Source: a virus. From it: 64,000 bases of DNA. The notes under the pieces are model-generated. The model had not been told where the DNA came from. It was given only the letters and a program-made list of their open reading frames with translations, and ran no database searches. The DNA lies in the IMG/VR virus record IMGVR_UViG_3300043409_000680, positions 1-64,000 of that record; one strand, written 5' to 3'. Numbering within the stretch: position 1 is the first letter of the stretch; each line of letters opens with the position of its first letter. The translations under genes and the position numbers were made by a program. This document shows positions 30,201-37,892 of the stretch, piece after piece.

Positions 30201-31226
30201 TACATCTCAGAATGGGGCGTTAAGTTTAATCGTTTATTTGCAACTCTTCCTAATTTTGTTCCTACTGGAAGTAGTTGGACTATTAAAACTGGTTGGCCTA
30301 AACAACCTAGTGCAGACCTAGAGGAATCATTAATTCCTTCTTCTTCATTTGAGAATGATCTTGGAGACTGGAATAGTGATACAGCTCATTTGAAACGTGT
30401 TCCATATATGGGGTTGCACGTTGACTATGTAACACATGGAATTGCATATGCTGAAGTAACAACTCTTAGATCAGTAACTGATGAAAAGTATAATTTTGGT
30501 ATCTCTTCGGACAAGATATATGTAAATCCAAATAAAGGATATTATGGATCTGTTGCTGTGCGCCCTGTTCCTGGAACCTCTGCTTCTGGATTTTACGGTA
30601 TTGTAGTTGAAGCTTACAATGAAAATGATGTACTAATTCAAACATTTAATAATACTCTTAGAGTAAATACAGACCTTATTACTAATGGTATTGCCTTTAC
30701 ATCTAGCACAACAGCTCCAACGACTCCAGTTGAGGGCGATCGTTGGTTAGAGCCAGACAGTGGACGAATGTACACTTGGGTAATAGATGGAGACTCTTCT
30801 CAGTGGGCAGAAGTTGATGAGTATAACTATTATGTAGGTTCTAACCTAAACATTGATTCTCGCTATGCGTACAGCGCTACCCCACCAATTAATCCTATCG
30901 TAGGAAGCCGTTGGATAGATACAGATACCCAAATTGGCTACACATGGTTTGATGATGGAGATACCCAACAGTGGGTAGAGTTTGCAGTAATTTATTCAGA
31001 TTCTTCTTCATACGTTGATGAAACATACTCTCCTCGTTGGGCCTACCTAAATATCGTTATTCCTAAGGGAGAACTACTTATCCCAATCTATGGTGGCAGC
31101 CCAACTCTGGTACCTCCTACATCTTTGGAGACTGCTGCATATGTTAAATTTAAAGTAGAGTGTACTCCTGACGTATTTGCTACAGGACAAGCGTTCCAGA
31201 TAGATAGGGCTATTTTCCGAGAGTAA
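27297..31226 (+). CDS. Large baseplate wedge (gpI/gp7-like) protein with several CBM4/9-like domains
   Basis: KGT.EG motif; repeated N.SFE...W carbohydrate-binding modules. Confidence 0.65.
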   Translation: MAKYSYDKYGNFIYGESNPETSPYYQANIVAESVDYNTIRILWQPISPNPVIGTPTCWALVKTFTGKPDDPYDGRIVIADSMERYQTSWVETFVNTTDIEINYSVWVFTEGYGWTFCGSANALIIAKTTTPDLVSKWIPRAWQNDKEGVGDSVGEYELQDLMTAITAYSIEYDKFRLMSKMLEKVNTSKYITNNYASTKLLDFGFSYEPNLGDPYYRTLAISGEKINSLKGTTEGISQYITALTHIQNKIEIGHNLILDYNDSSFEESTGRWGPNIAWTTYTIEGITPPSPNLYDIEALPRSVGLGKVTSGSNLVLELPYLPLATTIGGVIDGYSQMIPVNPGTRYIFTGWIKSASSFSIRTEIQWYNSKGQGISTTPVNSTTTIAAGSWTEFKSVSDAYRNGQIAPPGARFALISLSTTGAYPTFYIDMCQFCEWQHSLSYEDPRLIKIYLRGQEENLLLNSSFKEGIGGWFGKNVQLTHDQSSGSGSLGIYPLETIQPWGYWNQISSLIPYTGSIVWSDWVEVDPGISYTFSINKDQNLTNKIILGIEFSNVSSEENQSYVTLLGDTLYYDSFETANKNKLEELFYDVTTHTIKASPNVFFQAGDSVTIIGASNALFNGTWTVSSADTTGFYINNVYYAINANLLEVTNAYAVGTTKIYGNVNEEVYRYNNEISPDTTSVTAVAPPKTKDSGKPYARVYMLGVNQYEYLTIKNARFAPTLIEDRSQVKGDIVSLNPTYNTIYFDGNGNDPDDIVTGFDPITTQYFNTEGCFWETSKRYNFVNNSNFETNITGWSAVGSSVLSSNTSSGYSGTKSLKVTGSSGSAGGATTTVYLPYPAVGGESVAISAYVKGALGTFSITSPDANAFPYSGDKSFYLDATQATSWTRIDNVITLNQNQTSFTLNVNSVLDSGSTIYSIDAVQAEWGQVPSHFITLTDPGTFSFPNPNQTSNTLWSAYNQNINNGKSSYISEWGVKFNRLFATLPNFVPTGSSWTIKTGWPKQPSADLEESLIPSSSFENDLGDWNSDTAHLKRVPYMGLHVDYVTHGIAYAEVTTLRSVTDEKYNFGISSDKIYVNPNKGYYGSVAVRPVPGTSASGFYGIVVEAYNENDVLIQTFNNTLRVNTDLITNGIAFTSSTTAPTTPVEGDRWLEPDSGRMYTWVIDGDSSQWAEVDEYNYYVGSNLNIDSRYAYSATPPINPIVGSRWIDTDTQIGYTWFDDGDTQQWVEFAVIYSDSSSYVDETYSPRWAYLNIVIPKGELLIPIYGGSPTLVPPTSLETAAYVKFKVECTPDVFATGQAFQIDRAIFRE

Positions 31227-31236
31227 TCTCGCAAAG

Positions 31237-31265
31237 TTGACAAATCCAAACTAAACGAGTAAAAT
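31237..31265 (+). promoter_or_regulatory. Sigma70/SigA promoter, leaderless transcript
   Basis: TTGACA-N17-TAAAAT; ATG 7 nt downstream with no SD. Confidence 0.8.
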
Positions 31266-31272
31266 AAAATCT

Positions 31273-31548
31273 ATGGGCATAATTCTAATAGCAGCATTAG
31301 CGACAGCATTTATCCTAACCGCAGTTGAAAGCCTCCTCATTCCTTTAGGAAAATGGCGGGGGCTACTTGCGCTGGGCATATCAATGTTAGCGCTTATAAA
31401 CCTTGAAGTCAAATGGTTGTACTTAGTCGTTTATGCCTTTGCGTCAACCTTTGTCGGACTCACCCTTTCTATTCTTGTAGACCAAATTTTTGCAGGTTCT
31501 ACACGTAGAGATTTCCGTGATTTGCCAAGAAGGGTCGACGTACGCTAA
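31273..31548 (+). CDS. Small membrane protein (3 TM)
   Basis: Three hydrophobic segments. Confidence 0.7.
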   Translation: MGIILIAALATAFILTAVESLLIPLGKWRGLLALGISMLALINLEVKWLYLVVYAFASTFVGLTLSILVDQIFAGSTRRDFRDLPRRVDVR

Positions 31549-31570
31549 TATAGTATATAAGGAGGGTTAT

Positions 31571-32536
31571 ATGTTAAAACCTATTGTTAACCCAGGACTA
31601 TCGTTACGTGCAAGATCTTTGTTCTACTACTTCCTTGAGAAGGGTAGACTCATGTCTGCAGATGAGTTGTGGGCGAGTAAAGAATTTCCCGAGGGCCGTG
31701 ATGCTCTCGTCAACGCCTTGAATGAGCTAAAAGCCTTCAAGTACGTTCGTGCTGTCCGCACGAATGTCAATGGTCGCTGGGTCCACCAGCTTAAATTTAC
31801 CGACGCCGCCCTGAAGTTATTGGGCGATTCCGTGCCCGGATTCTCAGGGCATATGTATATCTATAGAGATGTGTCTGTCAATACTAGTACTAGTACTAGT
31901 GACTTAACCACTAGTAGCAAGCATATAGATACAGTTACTAACGTAACTGTATCTATACCCGAGCAAGCTCGGGAAGAAGGAGAAGCAATGGCATGGAATC
32001 TTGATGGAGAAGAAACACCCGATGGCGACTTTAAAAGCAAGTCTCAGTTACGCAGAGCTAATATTATGCAGGAGGCCGAAGATACTCCTGGCGCTGTTGG
32101 CAAACTTGAAGATCGTCAAAAGAAGCTTAACAATAAATACAAGCGTGCTACCAAAGCACAACACGCTGGGCGTAACCGCAGAGATGTTCCAGAGGCCGAT
32201 TGGACTACAACAGATCTAATCGCAGAGTTCTATGCGTTAACTGATGAGAAGGCTCCAGGTGTACCTGGGCAGGTTAATCAGGTTCGCATGGCAGGCTGGA
32301 TTAATCAACAGGTTGGGCTTGGTACAGAGCGTGCAGTAATCCTTGCAGCGATTCGTATGTTCTTTGCGGATCCACGAATGCTTCACGATGCTGGAGTAGG
32401 CAAGCCACTCTACCAGCGCTTCTTTGGCTACTATCTCACAGTTCACGGGGTGGTTACTAAGAAAGCAACTGTTTACGAAGACGAAGAGTTCCTAGCTCAC
32501 CAAGAAAAGATGTTACGACTACTGAGAGGCGAATAA
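31571..32536 (+). CDS. Replication initiator protein (N-terminal winged HTH)
   Basis: LSLRAR..F...GRDAL.NALNELK..KYV; AAGGAGG RBS; upstream of a DnaC-like loader. Confidence 0.7.
   Translation: MLKPIVNPGLSLRARSLFYYFLEKGRLMSADELWASKEFPEGRDALVNALNELKAFKYVRAVRTNVNGRWVHQLKFTDAALKLLGDSVPGFSGHMYIYRDVSVNTSTSTSDLTTSSKHIDTVTNVTVSIPEQAREEGEAMAWNLDGEETPDGDFKSKSQLRRANIMQEAEDTPGAVGKLEDRQKKLNNKYKRATKAQHAGRNRRDVPEADWTTTDLIAEFYALTDEKAPGVPGQVNQVRMAGWINQQVGLGTERAVILAAIRMFFADPRMLHDAGVGKPLYQRFFGYYLTVHGVVTKKATVYEDEEFLAHQEKMLRLLRGE
31883..31957. repeat. Candidate replication origin: ACTAGT x4 plus 15-bp perfect inverted repeat
   Basis: actagt at 31883, 31889, 31895, 31910; tatagatacagttac-taac-gtaactgtatctata at 31924-31957. 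Confidence 0.65.
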
Positions 32537-33216
32537 TGTTTGACCTAAAAAGCTTAGCGCCCAGCCGTCGTTCTCAGATTATGACAGCAGGACTGCCAAT
32601 GAAAACTATCGGTATGGAGTTCTCAGATTTGGATCCAACTCCAGCTTTGGAGATTGTGAAGAACTGGGTAGCCTCAGTCATCGAAGGTAACGTTATCCAA
32701 GCAGTCGGAAAAGGCTCCTGCGGGGTCGGATTACTCCTGGTAGGCAATCCAGGTCACGGCAAGACTACTATGGCCTCTACGGCCCTCCAGGAGCTTATTA
32801 GGGGTATTCCAGGGGACGCCTCCGGTGTACTGCCAAGGCACTTTGGGGGGTTTATGGACTACCCCAAGTTTTTAAGGCTACAACAGAAAAACTGGGGCAA
32901 TGACGTAGACGACCAAAGTGAGATTTCTTTCCGACTTGACAGCATACGGGGTGATGCTGGTAATATGAATAATACAAGAGTATTTATTCTCGATGACTTA
33001 GGTAAAGAATACAGAACCCAGTCTGGATGGTCAGAGAACCAGTTTGATGCTTTGTTGCGTTCAAGATTTAATGCGGGGTTACCCACAATTGTCACAACAA
33101 ACGTACCAAAACAAGATTGGGGAAAGGTTTACGGAGAACCCATGGGTAGTTTCGTAAACGAAGCGTTTATTCCAGTTGTAGTATCGTCTAGTGAAGGGGA
33201 TCGTCGAGGAAAATGA
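32536..33216 (+). CDS. DnaC/IstB-like AAA+ helicase loader
   Basis: GNPGHGKT, ILDDLGKE, R.....PTIVTTN. Confidence 0.9.
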   Translation: MFDLKSLAPSRRSQIMTAGLPMKTIGMEFSDLDPTPALEIVKNWVASVIEGNVIQAVGKGSCGVGLLLVGNPGHGKTTMASTALQELIRGIPGDASGVLPRHFGGFMDYPKFLRLQQKNWGNDVDDQSEISFRLDSIRGDAGNMNNTRVFILDDLGKEYRTQSGWSENQFDALLRSRFNAGLPTIVTTNVPKQDWGKVYGEPMGSFVNEAFIPVVVSSSEGDRRGK

Positions 33217-33509
33217 GAGAGACTACAATGACCTGGCAAACCACACAGTTGTTTTTATCTACTACAGGTGTACATGAAGTTCAAATTAACCTTGACAACC
33301 AAAAACTTCGATGCAACTGTCAAGGAGCAAGTTCTCGCAGTTACTGCAAACATATGGTTTTTGTTGATAAGCGTATGGAGCGTAACGGTGGGGTTTATCC
33401 TGTTGAAATTTCTAAAAATGCAAAAATGGAAGACGCAGCAATTGCTAATTTAGATCCAGAAGCATTTAGAGAATTTTTAGTTAGGTACGGCAAGATTGAA
33501 GTAGTTTAG
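33213..33509 (+). CDS. SWIM zinc-finger protein
   Basis: CNC........CKH. Confidence 0.75.
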   Translation: MRETTMTWQTTQLFLSTTGVHEVQINLDNQKLRCNCQGASSRSYCKHMVFVDKRMERNGGVYPVEISKNAKMEDAAIANLDPEAFREFLVRYGKIEVV

Positions 33510-33511
33510 AT

Positions 33512-33931
33512 ATGAGAGGGGGCGACATATCAAATGAGGTTCCAGCTCGTATGCTTGTCGCTCTTGACTGCATATTAAACCGAGAAATTAAAATAACTAA
33601 AGTTTTAGGTATTCCAGTACCTAAAGAAGAAGTTACATATAGTCGCATCTCGTTAGCAATGTTTTGGCGATTTGCAGAGAAGTATGGTTATACGCTAGAA
33701 TTAGTAGGGTTCGGTCATTCTCAAAAAGAAATGGATGATGTACTTGAGGATCTTCATAATTTAGGTACTAACCCATTTAGTTATTCTACCGCCTATAACG
33801 TAGTGGCTGACTTAGTAGCAGAGTTGCCTTATAGACCTGAAGTAAAAAACGTAATTGATATACCCAGTCGTAGTTTGCGTTATGGGCATTGGTATTTGGA
33901 TTTGGAGGCATTAAATAATGGCAGCAGATAA
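33512..33931 (+). CDS. Hypothetical protein (possible degenerate HAD-like fold)
   Basis: MLVALDCIL strand; weak resemblance to 58917..59381. Confidence 0.5.
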   Translation: MRGGDISNEVPARMLVALDCILNREIKITKVLGIPVPKEEVTYSRISLAMFWRFAEKYGYTLELVGFGHSQKEMDDVLEDLHNLGTNPFSYSTAYNVVADLVAELPYRPEVKNVIDIPSRSLRYGHWYLDLEALNNGSR

Positions 33932-35153
33932 TGAAGAGCGGTTACTTTCTCGTGTTATCAAAACAAGAGATCTTTCCCGTGCATTAGAAGCTGGTGTAAC
34001 AGAGGAATGGTTTTACGTAGACGAGAATCGTGCTATGTGGAAGTTCTTAGTTGCTCACTGGTCTAAGTACCAAGAAGTACCTACCGCAGTAACAGTTAAA
34101 GATAACTTCCCAACTTACCGGTTACTTGCTGTAGAAGACTCCGCTGAGTACTTAGTAGACCAGCTTGCTGAATACAGACGACGCCAAAAAGCTATTGAAG
34201 TAATCCAGAACGCAGCTGAATTTATTGCGGAGGGAAACCACGATGAGGCTATTGCTGAAATGGGCCGTGGGCTTTCTGCTATCCATGATGAGACTAGCGG
34301 AGAATCAGAAGATGAGAACCTTAGCAAAGATGCACTAAAGCGTTACGATGAGTACCTTGCAATTAAGACCCGTCCTAACGGATTACTTGGTATCTCCACC
34401 GGATTTAAAACTATTGATGATATTACGGCAGGTATCTTAAAGCAGCAGCTTTGGACAATCATCGCACCGCCTAAGACAGGTAAATCTGTGTTAGCTATGC
34501 AGATGGCAATTAGAGCACAAGATGAAGATCTTAAAGTTCTCTTTCAGTCTTTTGAAATGACTGCTCGTGAAATGAAAACTCGTTATGATGCTATGCGTGC
34601 CCACATCTCTCATGCTCGTCACATTCGTGGTGCGTTAACTTCCGTTGAAGAAGAGCGGCTACTTGCTCACTTAAATACTGAGCGTAATGATTTTATTATG
34701 CCTGATGCAATCTCTGCCCGTACAGTCTCTGGCTTGTCAGCAAAGATTGAAAAATTTACCCCTGATATTGTTTTTGTAGACGGTGTTTACCTTATGCACG
34801 ATGAGGCAACAGGTGAAACAGAGACAGAGCGTGCTCTACGTAGCTTAACACGTAGCTTAAAGCGCCTAGCACAGCGCTATGATCTTCCAGTAATTATCAG
34901 TACTCAGTCTCTTCGTTCTAAAATGCGTGGTGGCAAAGTAACTTCTGATTCTATTGGGTACACTTCTTCGTTTGCTCAAGACTCGGATATGATCCTAGCT
35001 TTGCAGCGTCAAGACGAAGAGGACGACAGTTCTCGTTCATTGTCTATTGTAGAAAGCCGTATTTCCGGTAAAGGAAGTACTGATCTTCTATGGGACTGGG
35101 AGGAGGGCCGCTTTGAAGAATATGGCACCTTTGGTCAACAAATCACCTTTTGA
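33918..35153 (+). CDS. dnaB: DnaB-like replicative helicase
   Basis: GISTGF..ID, APPKTGKS, SFEM, VFVDGVYL, SFAQDSD. Confidence 0.9.
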   Translation: MAADNEERLLSRVIKTRDLSRALEAGVTEEWFYVDENRAMWKFLVAHWSKYQEVPTAVTVKDNFPTYRLLAVEDSAEYLVDQLAEYRRRQKAIEVIQNAAEFIAEGNHDEAIAEMGRGLSAIHDETSGESEDENLSKDALKRYDEYLAIKTRPNGLLGISTGFKTIDDITAGILKQQLWTIIAPPKTGKSVLAMQMAIRAQDEDLKVLFQSFEMTAREMKTRYDAMRAHISHARHIRGALTSVEEERLLAHLNTERNDFIMPDAISARTVSGLSAKIEKFTPDIVFVDGVYLMHDEATGETETERALRSLTRSLKRLAQRYDLPVIISTQSLRSKMRGGKVTSDSIGYTSSFAQDSDMILALQRQDEEDDSSRSLSIVESRISGKGSTDLLWDWEEGRFEEYGTFGQQITF

Positions 35154-35382
35154 TGGTACTCAGCTATGCGTAGATGCGGATCCGGAAATCTTTTTTCCTC
35201 AAACGTATACATACCTAGATAAGGATACTGTAAACGCTGCTAAAGCAGTGTGCGGTGATTGTTGGATGCAGAAGGACTGTTTAGAATATGCACTAAACGA
35301 ACCAGGTCTAGAAGGGATCTGGGGAGGAACAACCCCACTAGAAAGAAAGCGGTTAAAAAAATTAAACATATTAACGATGTAA
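35122..35382 (+). CDS. whiB: WhiB-family transcription factor
   Basis: C..DPEIFFP..AKAVCGDC.....CLEYAL..GIWGG. Confidence 0.92.
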   Translation: MAPLVNKSPFDGTQLCVDADPEIFFPQTYTYLDKDTVNAAKAVCGDCWMQKDCLEYALNEPGLEGIWGGTTPLERKRLKKLNILTM

Positions 35383-35582
35383 AACCTGACTACAAAAATG
35401 CACTAGATGTACGTGGTGAGCCAACAATGGTTTGTCCATGTGGATGTTATGTGTGGAATCTTAAAGTAAGCTTTGATGAAGAAGGCGTGATCAATACCTA
35501 CTTTACAGATATGGAATGTATTGAGTGCGGAACACTAGCTACGGCACCAATGCCAGGAGTTAATATCGGTTTGGAGGACTAA
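35361..35582 (+). CDS. Zn-ribbon protein (CPCG...CIECG); start uncertain
   Basis: Protein-like from IKHINDVKPDY onward, but no ATG/GTG with an RBS there; see frameshift finding. Confidence 0.55.
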   Translation: MKHINDVKPDYKNALDVRGEPTMVCPCGCYVWNLKVSFDEEGVINTYFTDMECIECGTLATAPMPGVNIGLED

Positions 35583-36556
35583 TGTATCGTCAGGGTGATG
35601 TAGAGAGCGCATTACTCCGTCTTGGTATTGAAGTAGACCAGCGGGGAGATGAGCTATTAGGCCTGTGCCCAATGCACTTAGAGCGCACAGGAAAATCAGA
35701 TTCAAATCCTTCCTGGTCTATGAATTCAGAGACTGGTGTTCATCACTGCTTCTCTTGTGGTTACAAAGGAACGCTCCTTACTTTAGTTGCTGAAGTTAAA
35801 GACTTCAACACTCAGTGGGATCGTCTTGACTTTGATGCTGCAAAGGATTGGCTACGTAGCAATATCGAGGTTAACTTCGAACTACTAGCTAAGCAGTTAG
35901 ATGAAGCTAAAGAAGCTTACATTCCTGTCCAACGTTTGTTGGAGATGAGTGAGGCACGTCTTGCAGTCTTTGCAGACATTCCACCACAGTGGGCGCTAGA
36001 CGCCCGTAATTTAACTGCGGATGCGTGTGTTACTCACAAAGTTAAGTGGGATACCAAACAGAATGCGTGGATCACCCCTATTAGAAATCCTGAAACCCAC
36101 TCCCTATTGGGGTGGCAAGAAAAGGGACAGAGCAATAGGTACTTCCGCAATCGCCCTGCCGGTGTAGAAAAGTCTAGAACCTTATTTGGTCTCGATGTCT
36201 GGAAGGGAGGCTCTATGATCGTAGTAGAGTCTCCTTTAGACGTCGTACGACTCTCATCATTGGGAATATCTGGTGGTGTCTCAACCTATGGGGCGTCAAT
36301 TAGCGAAACACAAAAGAACTACATGCGTCAAGCTGAGAAGTTGATTATTGCCTTTGATAACGCTATAATGGATAGTGCGGGGTTAAAAGCCTCGCAAGAT
36401 ATGCTTGCCTACGGTAAGAAGACTGGCCTTGAGTGCTACTTCTTTAACTATGGTAAGAGTGAGTACAAAGATATAGGAGATATGCCAGAGCAAGAAGTTT
36501 GGGATGGAATACGTACATCTAAACATTCAGTATTTGGAGAGGCGGCATTTGTATGA
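35582..36556 (+). CDS. DNA primase (CHC2 zinc finger + TOPRIM)
   Basis: CPMH..NPS....HCFSCG; VVESPLD; IAFDN; KDIGDM. Confidence 0.9.
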   Translation: MYRQGDVESALLRLGIEVDQRGDELLGLCPMHLERTGKSDSNPSWSMNSETGVHHCFSCGYKGTLLTLVAEVKDFNTQWDRLDFDAAKDWLRSNIEVNFELLAKQLDEAKEAYIPVQRLLEMSEARLAVFADIPPQWALDARNLTADACVTHKVKWDTKQNAWITPIRNPETHSLLGWQEKGQSNRYFRNRPAGVEKSRTLFGLDVWKGGSMIVVESPLDVVRLSSLGISGGVSTYGASISETQKNYMRQAEKLIIAFDNAIMDSAGLKASQDMLAYGKKTGLECYFFNYGKSEYKDIGDMPEQEVWDGIRTSKHSVFGEAAFV

Positions 36557-36786
36557 CACACGATGAACTGCTGGCAGAAATAAATCTAGCATCAATAGGT
36601 GAGTATGCCAGCCTTGCTGTAGCCCTAATTGCAGTAGTGGAATTGCATAAGCCAAAAGAAGAAGATGGCAAACTGTGGTGCATACACGAGGTTTGTTACA
36701 ACCACGTAGAGTTTCTTGAACGAAATGACTGTGACTGTTCCTATCCCTGCCCAACTATTGAGGCAATAATTGAGGAACTTAAATGA
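36553..36786 (+). CDS. Small hypothetical protein
   Basis: AVVELHKP...C...YPCPTI.AI; ATGA overlap. Confidence 0.7.
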   Translation: MTHDELLAEINLASIGEYASLAVALIAVVELHKPKEEDGKLWCIHEVCYNHVEFLERNDCDCSYPCPTIEAIIEELK

Positions 36787-36950
36787 GTAAAGCAACTTGG
36801 GAAGAATGGATGGATGTACCCAAAGAAGTGCAAGATGTTATTGCAAAAAATATTGCTCGCAAACTAAGGGAAGAATACCCTCATCCATCTGAAGAGGCTA
36901 AGGCTTGGGCATATGCCTATGCAGAAGTAATTGAAAAGGAGTTGCAATGA
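36783..36950 (+). CDS. Small hypothetical protein (55 aa)
   Basis: MSKATWEEW...VIEKELQ; ATGA overlaps at both ends. Confidence 0.7.
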   Translation: MSKATWEEWMDVPKEVQDVIAKNIARKLREEYPHPSEEAKAWAYAYAEVIEKELQ

Positions 36951-37138
36951 GAGGTGTATGTAGCATTAATACGTGCGAAATGTATATGGACAAACGCACA
37001 AAAATCACCAGAAAAGTAATACCAATTCCAAACAAAATTCACGAATCATTTGAGTGGGCTGCGGTTGATAGTAATATTAATATATGCTGGCATTGCGGTG
37101 ACAAAATATTAAAGGCTATCGAGAAGGAGTTGGGATGA
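36947..37138 (+). CDS. Small Cys-containing hypothetical protein
   Basis: C....C / CWHC; ends AIEKELG. Confidence 0.65.
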   Translation: MRGVCSINTCEMYMDKRTKITRKVIPIPNKIHESFEWAAVDSNINICWHCGDKILKAIEKELG

Positions 37139-37686
37139 TTATAGGACTAACAGGTTACGCTCAGTCCGGTAAGGACACCGTAGCTAGTACCTTAGTAAAT
37201 AACTACGGGTTTACTCGTGTTGCTTTTGCAGATAAGATTCGTGACTACCTTTATGAAATGAATCCTATGGTAGATAACATGTCTGGACAACCAATTTATC
37301 TTAAAGAATTGGTTGATATTGCAGGTTGGGAAAACGCTAAAAAATCTCCTCATGTACGCCGTGCATTACAGAATGCTGGTGTTGCTGCCCGTACAATATT
37401 TGGACCTCAATTTTGGGTGCACGAGGCCATGAAAACTATGCTTAATGATCCTAGACCAGATCTTAACTACGTCATAACAGATGTTAGATTCCTAAATGAG
37501 GCAGATATGATACGTGCTAATAAAGGCCAACTTTGGCGCATAAAGCGTTTAGGCATAGAAGCAGTAAATAGTCATGTGTCAGAACATGAACTAGATAACT
37601 ATGCGGTTGATCAAATCTTTACAAATAATGGTACCCTAGAAGACCTAGAGGCTATGATTAATGCAAGAATGGTGGCGTTAGTCTAA
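37135..37686 (+). CDS. Deoxynucleoside monophosphate kinase
   Basis: [29 protein letters not shown]. Confidence 0.9.
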   Translation: MIIGLTGYAQSGKDTVASTLVNNYGFTRVAFADKIRDYLYEMNPMVDNMSGQPIYLKELVDIAGWENAKKSPHVRRALQNAGVAARTIFGPQFWVHEAMKTMLNDPRPDLNYVITDVRFLNEADMIRANKGQLWRIKRLGIEAVNSHVSEHELDNYAVDQIFTNNGTLEDLEAMINARMVALV

Positions 37687-37892
37687 TGTGGTCTTGGATA
37701 TTAGCTATTATTGGAGTAACTGGTATTTACTTTGTAGGGCGTAAAACCCTCTGGGGTTGGTTTGTGCTCTTGTTTAACGAATGCCTATGGATTACCTATG
37801 CCATTATTACAGACCAATATGGATTTATATTCTCTGCTTTAGCATACGCAGCAGTTTACATACGATCATATTTACATTGGAAAGCTGAGTAA
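37686..37892 (+). CDS. PnuC-like 3-TM membrane protein
   Basis: W..A..G..G.......WGW......LW..Y.....YG.........Y...W pattern. Confidence 0.6.
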   Translation: MWSWILAIIGVTGIYFVGRKTLWGWFVLLFNECLWITYAIITDQYGFIFSALAYAAVYIRSYLHWKAE

